The notes under the pieces were generated by a model that was given only the letters and a program-made list of their open reading frames with translations, was not told where the DNA came from and searched no databases. This document shows positions 27,065 to 39,004 of a stretch of DNA of 64,000 bases, piece by piece. Position numbers and translations under genes: made by a program. Position 1 is the first letter of the stretch, and each line of letters opens with the position of its first letter. Source of the DNA: Okamejei kenojei (taxonomy: Eukaryota); contig CM069165.1 in assembly GCA_035221665.1 (NCBI GenBank), positions 3,534,001 through 3,598,000 on the forward strand. Reading direction: 5' to 3'.

Positions 27065-27240
27065 TTTAGTTAAGTTACGACATACAGGATGGGAACAGGT
27101 CTTCGGGTCCACCGAGTCCATTCCTACCAATTATCACCCACACACGAATTCTATCCTTCTCTCGAGAGACAATTGGTAGAAGCCAATTAACCTGCAAGCC
27201 TGCGCGTCTTTGGGATGTAGGCGGAACACCCAGAGAAAAC
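27065..27240 (-). mobile_element. SINE fragment (cartilaginous-fish tRNA-derived SINE type)
   Basis: agccaattaacctgcaagcctgcgcgtctttgggatgtagg... resembles the body of shark/ray SINEs; recognised by pattern only. Confidence 0.5.
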
Positions 27241-27589
27241 CGACATACGATACGATACGATACGATTATACTTTATTGCCAGAACAAGTCTGACATTTGT
27301 TTTGCATCACAGAAGCTCAATTTTCAGCATCACAAAAATAGAAAGGAGGAGCGAAAGAATACACGCATCAAGATATCAAGCCAGGATCCCAAAATACCGG
27401 CATTTGACAAGACATTACAATAACAGAAGAGCACATTTATGGCCCGTCAGCTTTCGTTTGATCTGGGATTAAGCGTCGTGTTTAGTTCACGGATTGACTG
27501 GTGCTCAAAACAGCCCCTCATTCTAACCTTATTAAATTTTGGAACCCAACATCTCCGCTTTTTTGGTAACATATTGTACTCACATAGAG

Positions 27590-28020
27590 GTATCGACCAG
27601 AGAAGGGGCAGTGCTGGACCTCCTGTTAGGAAATGAGGCAGGTCAGGTGACAGAGGTATGCGTTGGTGAGCACTTCGGGACCAGTGATCACAATACCATT
27701 AGTTTCAATATAATTATGGAGAGAGTCAGAACTGGACCTAGGGTGGAAATTTTTGATTGTAGAAAGGCTAACTTTGAGGGAATGCGTAAGGTTTTTAAAG
27801 GAGTGAATTAGGACACTTTGTTTTATGGGAAGGATGTAGAAGAGAAATGGAGGACATTTAAAGGGGAAATTGTAAGAGTACAGAATCTTATGTCCCTGTT
27901 AGGTTGAAAGGAAATAGTAAAAATTGGAAAGAGCCAAGGGTTTTCAAGGGAAATTGGACACTTGTTTCGAAAAAAGAGAGATATCTACAATAATTATAGG
28001 AGGCATGGAGTAAATGAGGT
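27590..28020 (+). mobile_element. CR1 ORF2 fragment (end of endonuclease domain)
   Basis: TREGAVLDLLLGNEAGQVTEVCVGEHFGTSDHNTISF. Confidence 0.85.
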
Positions 28021-28521
28021 GATAGAGCTTCACCTAGCGAGGACCAGATCATGGCAGATCTCGTTATGTTTTTACTAGTTACCATAAAACCCTCCAGTCC
28101 TTTACTTCTTGCAGTGAAAACTACCTTCTCATTCACTTTCAAATTCCTTGGTCACCTCAATTTGTATATAGATCAGCAGAACCTTTGATCTCACCCGAGC
28201 AGACTTTCCCTGCAAAGGTCTGGATGTTGAGTAGAACGTAAAGCCCTTAATCCTCTTCCCCCTCCCCCCGCAATCTGGTATATTTGCACATTTCCAGATA
28301 CAAGGTGCAATAATGGCAATCCAGCCAAAGGTCAGGCAAAGCAGAAGAGCTAATTATTAATTCACAGTTCCCATTCCAAGGCTTTGCTCTTAAACACTCA
28401 AGGCCATTGTAGGAACTTCGGTATATATTCATTAAATATTTATGCAATAATAACAGGTTGAATTTTAATACTTACTACAAAGGGAAAATAATTAAATCAA
28501 TCAACATCAAGGGTCACTCAC

Positions 28522-28567
28522 CATAAGCTGCTTCAAGTCTGCTCTCTCAGCAGGATTCTTTATCAAG
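28522..28567 (-). pseudogene. MAP2K1: Isolated exon matching the MAP2K1 (MEK1) penultimate coding exon, (C)LIKNPAERADLKQLM
   Basis: Minus strand: ttttatcAG|C TTG ATA AAG AAT CCT GCT GAG AGA GCA GAC TTG AAG CAG CTT ATG|GTgagt; 46 nt with phase 2/0 boundaries; KQLM fits MEK1 rather than MEK2 (KMLT). No other MEK exons recognised, so functional status is unknown. Confidence 0.85.
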
Positions 28568-29425
28568 CTGATAAAATAAACAAAGCAATATTTGACTGCA
28601 AATAGCAATAGATCTCCACCCACAGTTCATTTTAAAAGGAGATATTGGAATAATGGGTTATTTCCATGGTATCCTGCTCTCTCCACAACACGGCAGTGAG
28701 AGCAGCACACCGAGGGTATCTTCAGGAGGGGAATATGTCCCTAGTGAGCTAGCTACCTGAAGCTCATTCCAAGCTCACATGCTGGCTTTGAGATGGTTCT
28801 TCTATCTGATACAAGCATGTGAGCTAGACAAACTCTTCACCTACGAGCACAGAGGGAGGAAAGAAGAACTGGAGATACTTCAAAGGCAGCAAGTTTTATT
28901 AACAAAGGAGCTGATTAATGGGGAAACAAAAGTCTGCAGATGCTGGAGTCTGGAGCAAATAAAAACAGAGAAACTCAGCAGGTCAGGCAGGATCTGTGGA
29001 GGGTCATGGATTGACGACATTTCAATACCCTTTGGACTGAAAAGGTGGAGGGCAGGATGGCCAATATACAATGAGAGGAGAGGTAGGGGTGCAGCGAGAT
29101 CTTCCACACAAGAACTGAATCCGAGTGATGATTGGTGGCTAGAGTTGTGGGGGAAAGGGGGTAGATATAACAATATAGGTTGGGTCATGATTAATTAGAG
29201 GTAACCAGGGGCCACAGATAATCTGATGGGAAAAGGTAAAAATGGGACCAAATAAGGGAGATGGGAGTGGGCGGATTGGAACATGGGGGAGGGGGGGGGG
29301 GGTGGGGGAAGGATCTGAAGGGAGGATTATGTGAGTGGGGAAGTAGCTGGGTGTGAGGGGGCAGGTGTTGGGAAATAAGATTATGTGTGGAGAATCTGGA
29401 TGGATGGAGGAACAGAGGAGCCGAC

Positions 29426-29912
29426 ATTTACTAGAATGTTGCCAGGGTTCCAGCAACTATGTTACAGAGAAAGGTTGAACAAGTTAAGTCTTTATTCTTT
29501 GGAGCGCAGAAGGTTAAGGGGGGACTTGATTGAGGTCTTTAAAATGATGAAAGGGATAGACAGAGTTGACGTGGATACGTTTTTCCCATTGAGGGTAGGG
29601 AAGATTCAAACAAGAGGGCATGACATGAGAATTAAGGGACAGAGGTTTCGGGGTAACGTGAGGGGGGACTTCTTTACTCAGAGGGTGATGGCTGTGTGGA
29701 ATCAGCTTCCAGCAGAAGTGGTGGAGGCAGGATCGATTTTAACATTTAAGAGTAAAGTGGATAAGTATATGGACGTGAAGGGAATGGAGGGGTATGGTCT
29801 GAGTGCAGGTAGATGGGACTAGGGGAAAACAAATGGTCGGCACGGACTGGAAGGGCCGAGAGGGCCTGTTTCCGTGCTGTAATTGTCATATGGTTATATG
29901 GTTATATGGTTA
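29426..29912 (+). mobile_element. CR1 LINE 3' fragment (family B)
   Basis: FTRMLPGFQQLCYRERLNKL...AGRWD, 3' UTR and (GGTTATAT)n tail. Confidence 0.92.
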
Positions 29913-30199
29913 CTCACTATTCAGAACGTTGTAGGTGTCAGAGGAAATGTTAATGGCCATCCTTAGTATGTTTTAAGGTGGGATGAATGATGTCATTTTT
30001 GTAGTGGTTGACCTGCAATCTTTGAGCATTTTTTTATCTATTGGAGCAGTTTTGGTTTAGAAGTAGCAGACATACTCTTGTACTATGTGATATTGCAATA
30101 CACCAATAATATAAATTAATACGAGGATTTGTTAACTTTCACGAAATGATCTTCGTCGGCGGAGAAATCAGTTTATTTGTTTAGTCAATTGCAAATCTT

Positions 30200-30296
30200 A
30201 CACAGGGAAAATGTAAAAACTCCAGACATGCAGCACCGAACGCGGGTCTCTGGTGCTGTGAGGCAGCAACTCCACTGCTTCGCCACTGTGCCGCCA
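30200..30296 (-). mobile_element. tRNA-derived SINE 5' end
   Basis: Minus strand GGCGGCACAGTGGCGAAGCAGTGGAGTTGCTGCCTCACAGCACCAGAGACCCGCGTTCG with A/B-box-like motifs; same family as 63946-64000. Confidence 0.7.
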
Positions 30297-30464
30297 GTTT
30301 CCTATTAAATCTCGGCTCTCACCACAAACCTATGCCATCTAATATTTTTGACTTTTTCTCAGTTTTTTTCAAGTGAAAGGTGTAGCCATGGGCAACTGAC
30401 ACGAGACTCAGCTATACCTGTCTTTCTGTTGGCTACATTGAATAGTCCGTTTCCCGACCTACCA

Positions 30465-30930
30465 CGCCACCATCCCCAACTCTCCCACTGCTATATTGAC
30501 GACGGCATCCTGTAACTGTGCAGAACTGGTTGATTTTATCTTCCCGACCATCAAACTAACTAGGTCTATCTCTGACACATCTCCCCCCTTTCTAGACCTT
30601 TCTGTCTCCATCACAGCAGAGACTATGCACAGATGTGTACGGTAAACTCATTGATTCCTGCAGTTACTTTGAGTACTCCTACCAACTTATATCCGGGAAG
30701 GGTACACTACTCCTTATTCTCAATTTCTCAGTCACAATCTCCTCTAAATAGGAGGCTTCTCTCTTTAGTGCATCCGCTTTCATCAGTAAACATGCCCCCC
30801 CCCCCCCCCCCACGCTGTTGTGAATGGATCCGTCTGCCATGACTGCCCTGTTCTTGCACTCCCTCTCCTCAGATAGATGGCTAGAGTTCTGGTCCTGACC
30901 TTTCACCCCAACATACTCCCCATCCAATGG
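30465..30930 (+). mobile_element. Degenerate Penelope-like element fragment
   Basis: Similar to 41100-41640 (YIDD-like tatattgacgac, atctctgacacatctccccctttctagac, ctggtcctgacctttcacccca). Confidence 0.5.
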
Positions 30931-31609
30931 GATGAGGATGTGTCTGCGAGCTGACGTTTAATCTATGCAAAATAGAAGTCAGTTCGCCAGACATCTACAG
31001 TAGCTCCCACTAGTTTGTGGGCTTGATTAGACTTGAATTGGTTTGCAGTGAGTGAAGTACTCCACATTCAGCTGAACTAGAATTGGGCAGTCCTTTAGGA
31101 TGGTCCCTCGATTAGGCCACTAGTTCCACAGTCAGGTTATACATATACTTCCACGAGTGAACGAGTGATGCACACCTTTTCACTTTATTACAGAGGTTTG
31201 AGGTAACATTTTCCTCAAGCATAATGAAGCTTGTGCAAATATGAACTTGCCTATCAATTAGACATAAGGTGAATGCTTTATTTCCATTTTACTTTTGAGC
31301 TGGGTTGCCAAATAAGGCAATTTAAAAGAGTACCATGGTCGATAACTGTAGGATGTGCTAAATGAATCTACAAGCAACGGCAGATGCTGGTTTACAGAAT
31401 AAAACAGAACGTGCTGGAGCGATTCAGCTAGTCAGAAAGCAACCTCGGAGGGAATCAGCAGGCGACATTTCATTATGTTATGGTAATTACAGAGACATGG
31501 CTGCTGGAGTGCCAGGGCTGGGAACTGAATATTCAAGGGTTTACATCGTATCAAAAAGACAGACAGTTGGGCAGAGGCGATAGGGTTGCTCTGTAGGTGA
31601 GGAATGAAA

Positions 31610-32090
31610 GATGCAAGAGGTGACATTGAAACAGGAGATGGGGCGTCTGTATGGATAGAACTAAGGAAATGTAAGATTAAAATACCCTAATGGGACGGCT
31701 ACAGGCCCCAGACAGTAGCGTGGATATAGGGTGCAAGTTTAATCAAGAGTTACAATTGGCATGTCGTAAAGGTAACGCTACAGTTGATATGGGAGATTTT
31801 AACATGCAGGTAGAATGGGAAAATCAAGTTCCTACTGGAACCCAAGAAAAATATTTAGTGTAGTGCCTTCGCGATGGATTCTTAGAACAGCTTGTACTGA
31901 AGCCTACCATGGCGAAAGCAATTCTGGATTTAGTGTTGTGTAATGAACCGCATTTGATCAGGGGACTTAAGGTTAAGAAGCCATTCGGTGGAAGTGACCA
32001 TAATATGATACGTTCTAATCTACACATTGAAAGGAAGAAGGGTAAATTAGAGGTGTCAATATAACAGTTGAACAAATGCAATATGGACCT
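31610..32090 (+). mobile_element. Degenerate CR1 endonuclease fragment
   Basis: MGDFN, AILDLVLCNE, GGSDHNMI motifs with stops. Confidence 0.8.
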
Positions 32091-32097
32091 ATGATGG

Positions 32098-32435
32098 AGT
32101 ATTTTTACTTCAAACCCACCATCACCAACCATATGCAGTGCTTTTACTTCAAACCCACCACCACCAATCATTTGCAGTGTTTTTAATTGAAACCCACCAC
32201 CACCAACCATTTGCAGTGGGTTTACTTCAAATCCACCACCACCAACCATTTCCAGTGCTTTTACTTCAAACCCTCCACCACCAACCATTTGCAGTGCCTT
32301 TACTTCAAACCCACCAACACCAACCATTTGCAGTGCTTTAACTTCAAACGCTCCACCACCAACCATTTGCCGTGCTTATACATCAAACCAACCACCAACA
32401 ACCATTTGCAGTGCTTTTATTTCAAACCGACCACA
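32098..32435 (+). repeat. 39-bp minisatellite
   Basis: ttttacttcaaacccaccaccaccaaccatttgcagtgc, about 8 copies. Confidence 0.9.
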
Positions 32436-32982
32436 TTTTTATTTTCAAACCTTATTAAGGGATACTCAAGGTCAGTAAAACCACACTCACAGTTTAGTAG
32501 ACATGTGTACAGTGTTACTCACAGCTCTGACTGAGATACGTTACACTCTCACTTCCCCCATCTTGCAGAGACTGGATGAAGCACTCAACGCTTCCGGGTT
32601 TTATAGGCCCTCCGGAAGGGGCGTGGCCTTCAGAACAGATAATCTCAACATGTTTTAAACACAATGAAGCAAATGGCATGTTGGCCTACATAACACGAGA
32701 AGTTGAGTATTGGAGAAAAAAGGCCCTTCTGCAGGGGCCCTAGCGAGACCACACCTGGAGTATTGTGTGCACTTTTGGTATCGAGTTTGAGGAAAGGCAT
32801 TTCTCCAAATTAGGGAGTACAACGTAGATTCACCAGGTTAATTCCCGGGATGTTGGGACTGTAATATGTTGATAGAATGCAGCGGACGGGCTTCTATACT
32901 CTGGAATTTAGATGGATGAGGGGAGGAGGGGGGTTTCATTGAAAGTTACATGATTATTAAGGGTTTGGACACGCTAGAGGCA

Positions 32983-33336
32983 GAGGCCCACAGGAGCCGT
33001 TGGAAGAAGAGGAGGAGGGGGAGGAGCGACACCCGACCGGTAAGGATAAAAATCAAGCGCGGGGCTTGTTTTTCCAGAGGCCCACAGGAGCCGTTGGAAG
33101 AAGAGGAGGAGGGGGAGGAGCGACACCCGACCGGTAAGGATAAAAATCTAGCGCGGGGCTTGTTTTTCCAGAGGCCCACCGGAGCCGTTGGAAGAAGAGG
33201 AGGAGGGGGAGGAGCGACACCCGACCGGTAAGGATAAAAATCAAGCGCGGGGCTTGTTTTTCAGAGGCCCACAGGAGCCGTTGGAAGAAGAGGAGGAGGG
33301 GGAGGAGCGACACCCGACCGGTAAGGATAAAAATCT
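32983..33336 (+). repeat. ~94-bp tandem monomers in the CR1 5' UTR
   Basis: gaggcccac starts at 32983, 33077, 33171, 33264. Confidence 0.92.
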
Positions 33337-33527
33337 AACGCTGATTGGTGGAAGAGAACCCGAGGAAGCAGCTGATTGGGTGCAACCCCGGGTTTACAAT
33401 TTTACATTTCTGCCTTCTGGGAGTGAGGGATTCTGGGAGTTAAGGATTCAGTATTTAGTAGTAAAGTTTAAAGGATACGTTTTTGTTTTTTTTAAATATT
33501 TAATACAGTGTAATTTGGGAGTAAGGT

Positions 33528-34476
33528 ATGGCAGTAGAGATTGGCCCCGTGGTTTGTTCAGCCTGCAACATGTGGGAGATCAGGGAGATGGTCGGTGTCC
33601 CTGGTGACTACGTTTGCAGGAAGTGTGTCCAGCTGCAGCTCCTGGCAGACCGCATTGAACGATTGGAACTGCGGCTGGATTCATACTGGAGCATCCACGA
33701 TGCGGAGAAAGTCGTGGATAGCACGTACAGTGAGTTGGTCACACCGCAGGCAAAAGGTAAGAGGACAAGAAGGGAACGGGTGGCCAATAGCCAGCAAAGC
33801 AGTAGGCAGGTAGTGCAGGAGTCCCCTGCGGTCATCTCCCTCCTAAACAGTTATACCATTTTGGATACTGTTGAGGGAGATGGCTCATCAGGGGAATGCA
33901 GCAGCAGCCAGGTTCATGGCACCATGGGTGGCTCTGCAGCACATGAGGGGGGGAAAAAGAGGGGATGGGCAATAGTAATAGGGGATTCAATTGTCAGGGG
34001 AATAGATAGGCGTTTCTGCGGCCGCAAACGAGACTCCAGGATGGTATGTTGCCTCCCTGGTGCAAAGGTCAGGGATGTTACTGAACGGCTGCAGAACATT
34101 CTGGAGGGGGAGGGTGAACAGCCAGTTGTCGTGGTGCATGTTGGCACCAACGATATAGGTAAAAAAAAGGGATGAGGTCCTACAAGGTGAATTTAGGGAG
34201 CTAGGAGATAAACTTAAAAGTAGGACCTCAAAGGTAGTAATCTCCGGATTACTACCAGTACCACGTGCCAGTCAGAGTAGAAATAGGAGGATAATGCAAA
34301 TGAATACGTGGCTTGAAAAGTGGTGCAAGGGGGAGGGATTCAAATTTTTAGGGCACTGGGACCAGTTCTGGGGGAGGTGGGACCGGTACAAACAGGACGG
34401 TTTGCACCTGGAATGGAATGGAACCAATGTTCTTGGGGGAGTGTTTGCTAGTGCTGTCGGGGAGGATTTAAACTAA
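33528..34476 (+). CDS. CR1 ORF1 (Cys motif, leucine zipper, SGNH/GDSL esterase) with one +1 frameshift in an A-run at about 34161-34168
   Basis: CSAC...CRKC, heptad LQLLADRIERLELRL, IVIGDSIVRG, VHVGTND, DGLH; removing one A restores GKKRDEVLQGEF and a continuous frame to the stop at 34476. Confidence 0.85.
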
Positions 34477-37454
34477 TGTGGCAGGGGGATGGGTACAAGA
34501 GCAGAGAGGCAGGAGGGTGTAAAATGAGGGTAGAAGCATTAGGTAGCAAGGTGAAAAGTAAAAGTGGCAGTCAGACAAAACCAGGGCAAATATCAAAAAG
34601 GGCCACTGTTCAGCAAAATTGTATAAGGGGTAAGTGCGTTGTAAAGACGAGCCTGAAGGCTTTGTGTCTCAATGCAAGGAGTATTCGTAATAAGGTGGAC
34701 GAGTTGAACGTGCAGATAGATATCAATGATTATGATATAGTTGGGATCACGGAGACATGGCTCCAGGGTGACGTAGGCTGGGAGCTGAACATCCAGGGAT
34801 ATTCAATATTCAGGAGGGATAGAGAGAAAGGAAAAGGAGGTGGGGTAGCGTTGCTGGTTAGAGAGGAGATTAACGCAATGGAAAGGAAGGACATTAGCTT
34901 GGAGGATGTGGAATCGGTATGGGTAGAGCTACAAAACACTAAGGGGCAGAAAACGCTCGTGGGTGTTGTGTACAGGCCACCTAACAGTAGCAGAGAAGTT
35001 GGGGATGGTATCAAACAGGAAATTAGAAATGCGTGCGACAAAGGCAAAACAGTTATAATGGGTGACTTCAATCTACATATAGATTGGGTTAATCAAATTG
35101 GCAGGGGTGCTGAGGAAGAGGATTTTTTGGAATGTATGCGGGATAGTTATCTAAATCAACATGTAGAGGAACCAACGAGAGAGCAGGCTATTTTAGACTG
35201 GGTTTTGAGTAATGAGGAAGGGGAAATTAGCCGTCTTGTTGTACGTGCCCCCTTGGGCAAGAGTGACCATAATATGGTTGAGTTCTTCATTAGGATGGAG
35301 AGTGACATTGTTAATTCAGAAACAATGGTTCTGAACTTAAAGAAAGGTAACTTTGAGGGTATGAGACGTGAATTGGCCAAGATTGACTGGCAATTAATTC
35401 TAAAAGGGTTGACGGTGGATATACAATGGAAGACATTTAAAGACTGCATGGATGAACTACAAAAATTGTTCATCCCAGTTTGGCAAAAGAATAAATCGGG
35501 GAAGGCAGTGCATCCGTGGATAACAAGGGAAATCAGGGATAGTATCAAAGCAAAGGATGATGCGTACAAAGTAGCCAGAAAAAGCAGCATACCAGAGGAC
35601 TGGGATAAAATCAGAGACCAGCAGAGGAGGACAAAGGGCTTAATTAGGAAAGGAAAAATAGATTATGAAAGAAAACTGGCAGGGAACATAAAAACTGACT
35701 GCAAAAGTTTTTATAGATATGTGAAGAGAAAGAGGTTAGTTAAAACAAATGTAGGTCCCTTGCAGTCAGAAACAGGTGTGTTGATCATGAGGAACAAGGA
35801 TATGGCGGACCAATTGAATAACTACTTTGGTTCCGTCTTCACTAAGGAAGACATAAATAATCTGCCTGAAATAGCAGGGGACTGTGGGTCAAAGGAGGAA
35901 TTGAGTGAAATCCAGGTCAGTCGGGAAGTGGTGTTGGGTAAATTGAATAGATTAAAGGCCGATAAATCCCCAGGGCCAGATAGGCTGCATCCCAGAGTAC
36001 TTAAGGAAGTAGCTCAGGAAATAGTGGATGCATTAGTGATAATCTTTCAAAACTCTTTATATTCTGGAGTAGTTCCTGAGGATTGGCGGGTAGCAAATGT
36101 AACCCCTCTTTTTAAGAAGGGACGGAGAGAGAAAACGGGGAATTACAGACCAGTTAGTCTAACATCGGTAGTGGGGAAACTGCTAGAGTCAGTTATTAAA
36201 GATGGGATAGCAGCACATTTGGAAAGTGGTGAAATCATTGGACCAAGTCAGCATGGATTTACAAAAGGTAAATCATGTCTGACGAATCTTGTGGAATTTT
36301 TCGAGGATGTAACTAGTAGCGTGGATAAGGGAGAACCAGTGGATGTGGTATATCTGGACTTCCAGAAGGCTTTCGACAAGGTCCCACATAAGAGATTAGT
36401 ATACAAACTTAAAGCATACGGTATTAGGGGTTCAGTATTGATGTGGATAGAGAACTGGCTGGCAAACAGGAAGCAAAGAGTAGGAGTAAACGGGTCCTTT
36501 TCACAATGGCAGGCAGTAACTAGTGGGGTACCGCAGGGCTCAGTGCTGGGACCCCAGCTATTTACAATATATATTAATGATCTGGATGAGGGAATTGAAG
36601 GCAATATCTCCAAGTTTGCGGATGACACTAAGCTGGGGGGCAGTGTTCGCTGTGAGGAGGATGCTAGGAGACTGCAAGGTGACTTGGATAGGCTGGGTGA
36701 GTGGGCAAATGTTTGGCAGATGCAGTATAATGTGGATAAATGTGAGGTTATCCACTTTGGTGGCAAAAACAGGAAAGCAGACTATTATTTAAATGGTGGC
36801 CGATTAGGAAAAGGGGAGATGCAGCGAGACTTGGGTGTCATGGTACACCAGTCATTGAAAGTAGGCATGCAGGTGCAGCAGGTAGTGAAAAAAGCCAATG
36901 GTATGTTAGCTTTCATAGCAAAAGGATTTGAGTACAGGAGCAGGGAGGTTCTACTTCAGTTGTACAGGGTCTTGGTGAGACCACACCTGGAGTATTGCGT
37001 ACAGTTTTGGTCTCCAAATCTGAGGAAGGACATTATTGCCATAGAGGGAGTGCAGAGAAGGTTCACCAGACTGATTCCTGGGATGTCAGGACTGTCTTAT
37101 GAAGAAAGACTGGATAGACTCGGTTTATACTCTCTGGAATTTAGGAGATTGAGAGGGGATCTTATAGAAACTTACAAAATTCTTAAGGGGTTGGACAGGC
37201 TAGATGCAGGAAGATTGTTCCTGATGTTGGGGAAGTCCAGGACAACGGGTCACAGCTTAAGGATAAGGGGGAAATCCTTTAAGACCGAGATAAGAAATAC
37301 TTTTTTCACACAGAGAGTGGTGAGTCTCTGGAACTCTCTGCCACAGAGGGTAGTTGAGGCCAGTTCATTGGCTATATTTAAGAGTGAGTTGGATGTGGCC
37401 CTCGTGGCTAGGGGGATCAGAGGGTATGGAGAGAAGGCAGGTACGGGATACTGA
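34476..37454 (+). CDS. CR1 ORF2: AP endonuclease plus reverse transcriptase, 992 aa, uninterrupted
   Basis: LNARSI, GITETW, VYRPP, MGDFN, SDHN; [30 protein letters not shown]. Confidence 0.97.
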   Translation: MWQGDGYKSREAGGCKMRVEALGSKVKSKSGSQTKPGQISKRATVQQNCIRGKCVVKTSLKALCLNARSIRNKVDELNVQIDINDYDIVGITETWLQGDVGWELNIQGYSIFRRDREKGKGGGVALLVREEINAMERKDISLEDVESVWVELQNTKGQKTLVGVVYRPPNSSREVGDGIKQEIRNACDKGKTVIMGDFNLHIDWVNQIGRGAEEEDFLECMRDSYLNQHVEEPTREQAILDWVLSNEEGEISRLVVRAPLGKSDHNMVEFFIRMESDIVNSETMVLNLKKGNFEGMRRELAKIDWQLILKGLTVDIQWKTFKDCMDELQKLFIPVWQKNKSGKAVHPWITREIRDSIKAKDDAYKVARKSSIPEDWDKIRDQQRRTKGLIRKGKIDYERKLAGNIKTDCKSFYRYVKRKRLVKTNVGPLQSETGVLIMRNKDMADQLNNYFGSVFTKEDINNLPEIAGDCGSKEELSEIQVSREVVLGKLNRLKADKSPGPDRLHPRVLKEVAQEIVDALVIIFQNSLYSGVVPEDWRVANVTPLFKKGRREKTGNYRPVSLTSVVGKLLESVIKDGIAAHLESGEIIGPSQHGFTKGKSCLTNLVEFFEDVTSSVDKGEPVDVVYLDFQKAFDKVPHKRLVYKLKAYGIRGSVLMWIENWLANRKQRVGVNGSFSQWQAVTSGVPQGSVLGPQLFTIYINDLDEGIEGNISKFADDTKLGGSVRCEEDARRLQGDLDRLGEWANVWQMQYNVDKCEVIHFGGKNRKADYYLNGGRLGKGEMQRDLGVMVHQSLKVGMQVQQVVKKANGMLAFIAKGFEYRSREVLLQLYRVLVRPHLEYCVQFWSPNLRKDIIAIEGVQRRFTRLIPGMSGLSYEERLDRLGLYSLEFRRLRGDLIETYKILKGLDRLDAGRLFLMLGKSRTTGHSLRIRGKSFKTEIRNTFFTQRVVSLWNSLPQRVVEASSLAIFKSELDVALVARGIRGYGEKAGTGY

Positions 37455-38656
37455 GTTGGATGATCAGCCATGATCATATTGAATGGCGGTGCAGGCTCGA
37501 AGGGCTGAATGGCCTACTCCTGCACCTAATTTCTATGTTTCTATGAAACATGTGCCCGTTGTTGGGGTAGTCCAGAACCAGAGGCCACAGTTTATGAATA
37601 CGGTGCATGCCATTTAGAACGGGGATGAGGAAAAACATTTCACACACAGAGTTGTAAGACTGTGGAATTATCTGCGTCAGAGGGCAGTGGAGGCTGGTTC
37701 TCTGTATGTTTTCAATATAGAGCTAGACAGAACTCTTAAAGATAACGGAGTCAAGCGATATTGGGAAAAGGAAGGAAAGGGGTACTTATTGTGGATGATC
37801 AGCCATCATTACATTGAATGGCGGTGCTGGCTCGAAGGGCCGAATGGCCTACTCCTGCACCTCTTCGGTATTGGCTAGTGTATTGCTTGCAATCCTGGTC
37901 GCCCCCATTGTGGGACAGTGTGCAGGCTCTTGAGGGGGTGCAGAGGAGATTCACCTAGAATGATGCCCGAATTAGAGGACGTTACCAACAGGAAGAGGTT
38001 GGTGACGGTGCAGCGGAGGGAGTGATTGGAGAGGGCGCAGAGGAGGATCACCATAATCATGTCTGAAATAAACGATGTTAAATATAGGGGCAGGTTACGA
38101 AGAGAACAGAGGAGGTTTACCAGAATGCTGTCTATACTTGAGAGCGTTAGCTACTATGAGATGTTGGAGTGGGTACATTGGAGTCATACCAGAATGCTGC
38201 TGAATTGGAGGGATTCAGCATCATGTGGGCGTGGGGGGGATGGACTTGAGTTGGGGTTTTTCTGGGGCTCAGAAGCTGAGGATAGACCTGATAGAAGTAT
38301 GTATAAACGATACTAAGACAGCCAGAACCTTTTTCACCTATAGTGGAAATATCATAGTCTGGAGAGCATAGCTTGCAGGTGAGAGGGTAGTCGTTTTTAG
38401 GACATGTTGGGGTCAAGTCTTTTTTTTACACAGAGGGTGGTGTGAGCGCGATACGCGCTGCCGCCGGTGGTGGTGGCGTCAGATTCGATAGTAGCGTTTA
38501 AGAGGCTTATGGGTAGTCGTGTTGATATGCAGGGAATGTAGGGGTATGATCCATGCACAAGAAGGTGAGACCAGTTTAAATCGGCTTATTGTGAGGAAGT
38601 GACATTGTGGCCCGGTGGCACTTTCCCTTTGCTTTACTCTTCTGATGTTCTGTGCG

Positions 38657-38695
38657 GGTTTTTGCTCATACTCTATTCCTGTTTGAGTCACTGTG
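38657..38695 (-). promoter_or_regulatory. V-segment 23-bp-spacer recombination signal sequence
   Basis: Minus strand CACAGTG - ACTCAAACAGGAATAGAGTATGA (23) - GCAAAAACC. Confidence 0.96.
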
Positions 38696-39004
38696 CAGCT
38701 TCTTTAGCAGCGCAAAAATATCGCGCCTCATCTGCGTCCCTCACGCTGTGGATCCGGAGATTGAACCTCTTGTTTTCTGCTTCCGCGCTGATAATGAACC
38801 CGTTCTGAAATCCCTTTTCGTACTGAGGTTCCTGGCTACTATAGACGTTCCCGATCAGCGTCAATCCTGTTCCCTCAGTCTGACGGTACCACAGCATGTT
38901 ATCACGGACCGTGCCTGTCTGTAGACAACTCATCGCCCCGGCTTCCCCCTCCCTAACGCTGAGGGAGTTGGGTGACTGTTTGATCTCATTCGCCCGGTAT
39001 GAAC
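38696..39004 (-). CDS. TRBV: T-cell receptor beta variable gene segment (V exon), open frame; leader exon not visible, probably in gap 39055-39190
   Basis: Acceptor ctctAG|GT TCA; NEIKQSP...MSC...MLWYRQ...QYEKGF...D-E-A-R-YFCAAKE; IgV Cys/Trp/YxC; 23-RSS; adjacent D/J segments are beta type. Confidence 0.9.

Larger units (their letters stand above)
32984..37545 (+). mobile_element. Full-length CR1 LINE (family A), nested in an older CR1
   Basis: 5' UTR tandem monomers, ORF1, intact ORF2, 3' UTR and (TTTCTATG)n tail; flanks rejoin as an older CR1 reading ...LDTLEAG|NM... (32660-32983 plus 37546-37862). Confidence 0.95.

Noticed and set aside
31824-32534. ORF with VGGGGFEVKALQM repeats
   Set aside because: Translation of the 39-bp minisatellite running into an antisense CR1 fragment
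34150-34180. Programmed ribosomal frameshift in CR1 ORF1
   Set aside because: The homologous older copy (about 23900) reads through in frame; a homopolymer indel or sequencing error is simpler
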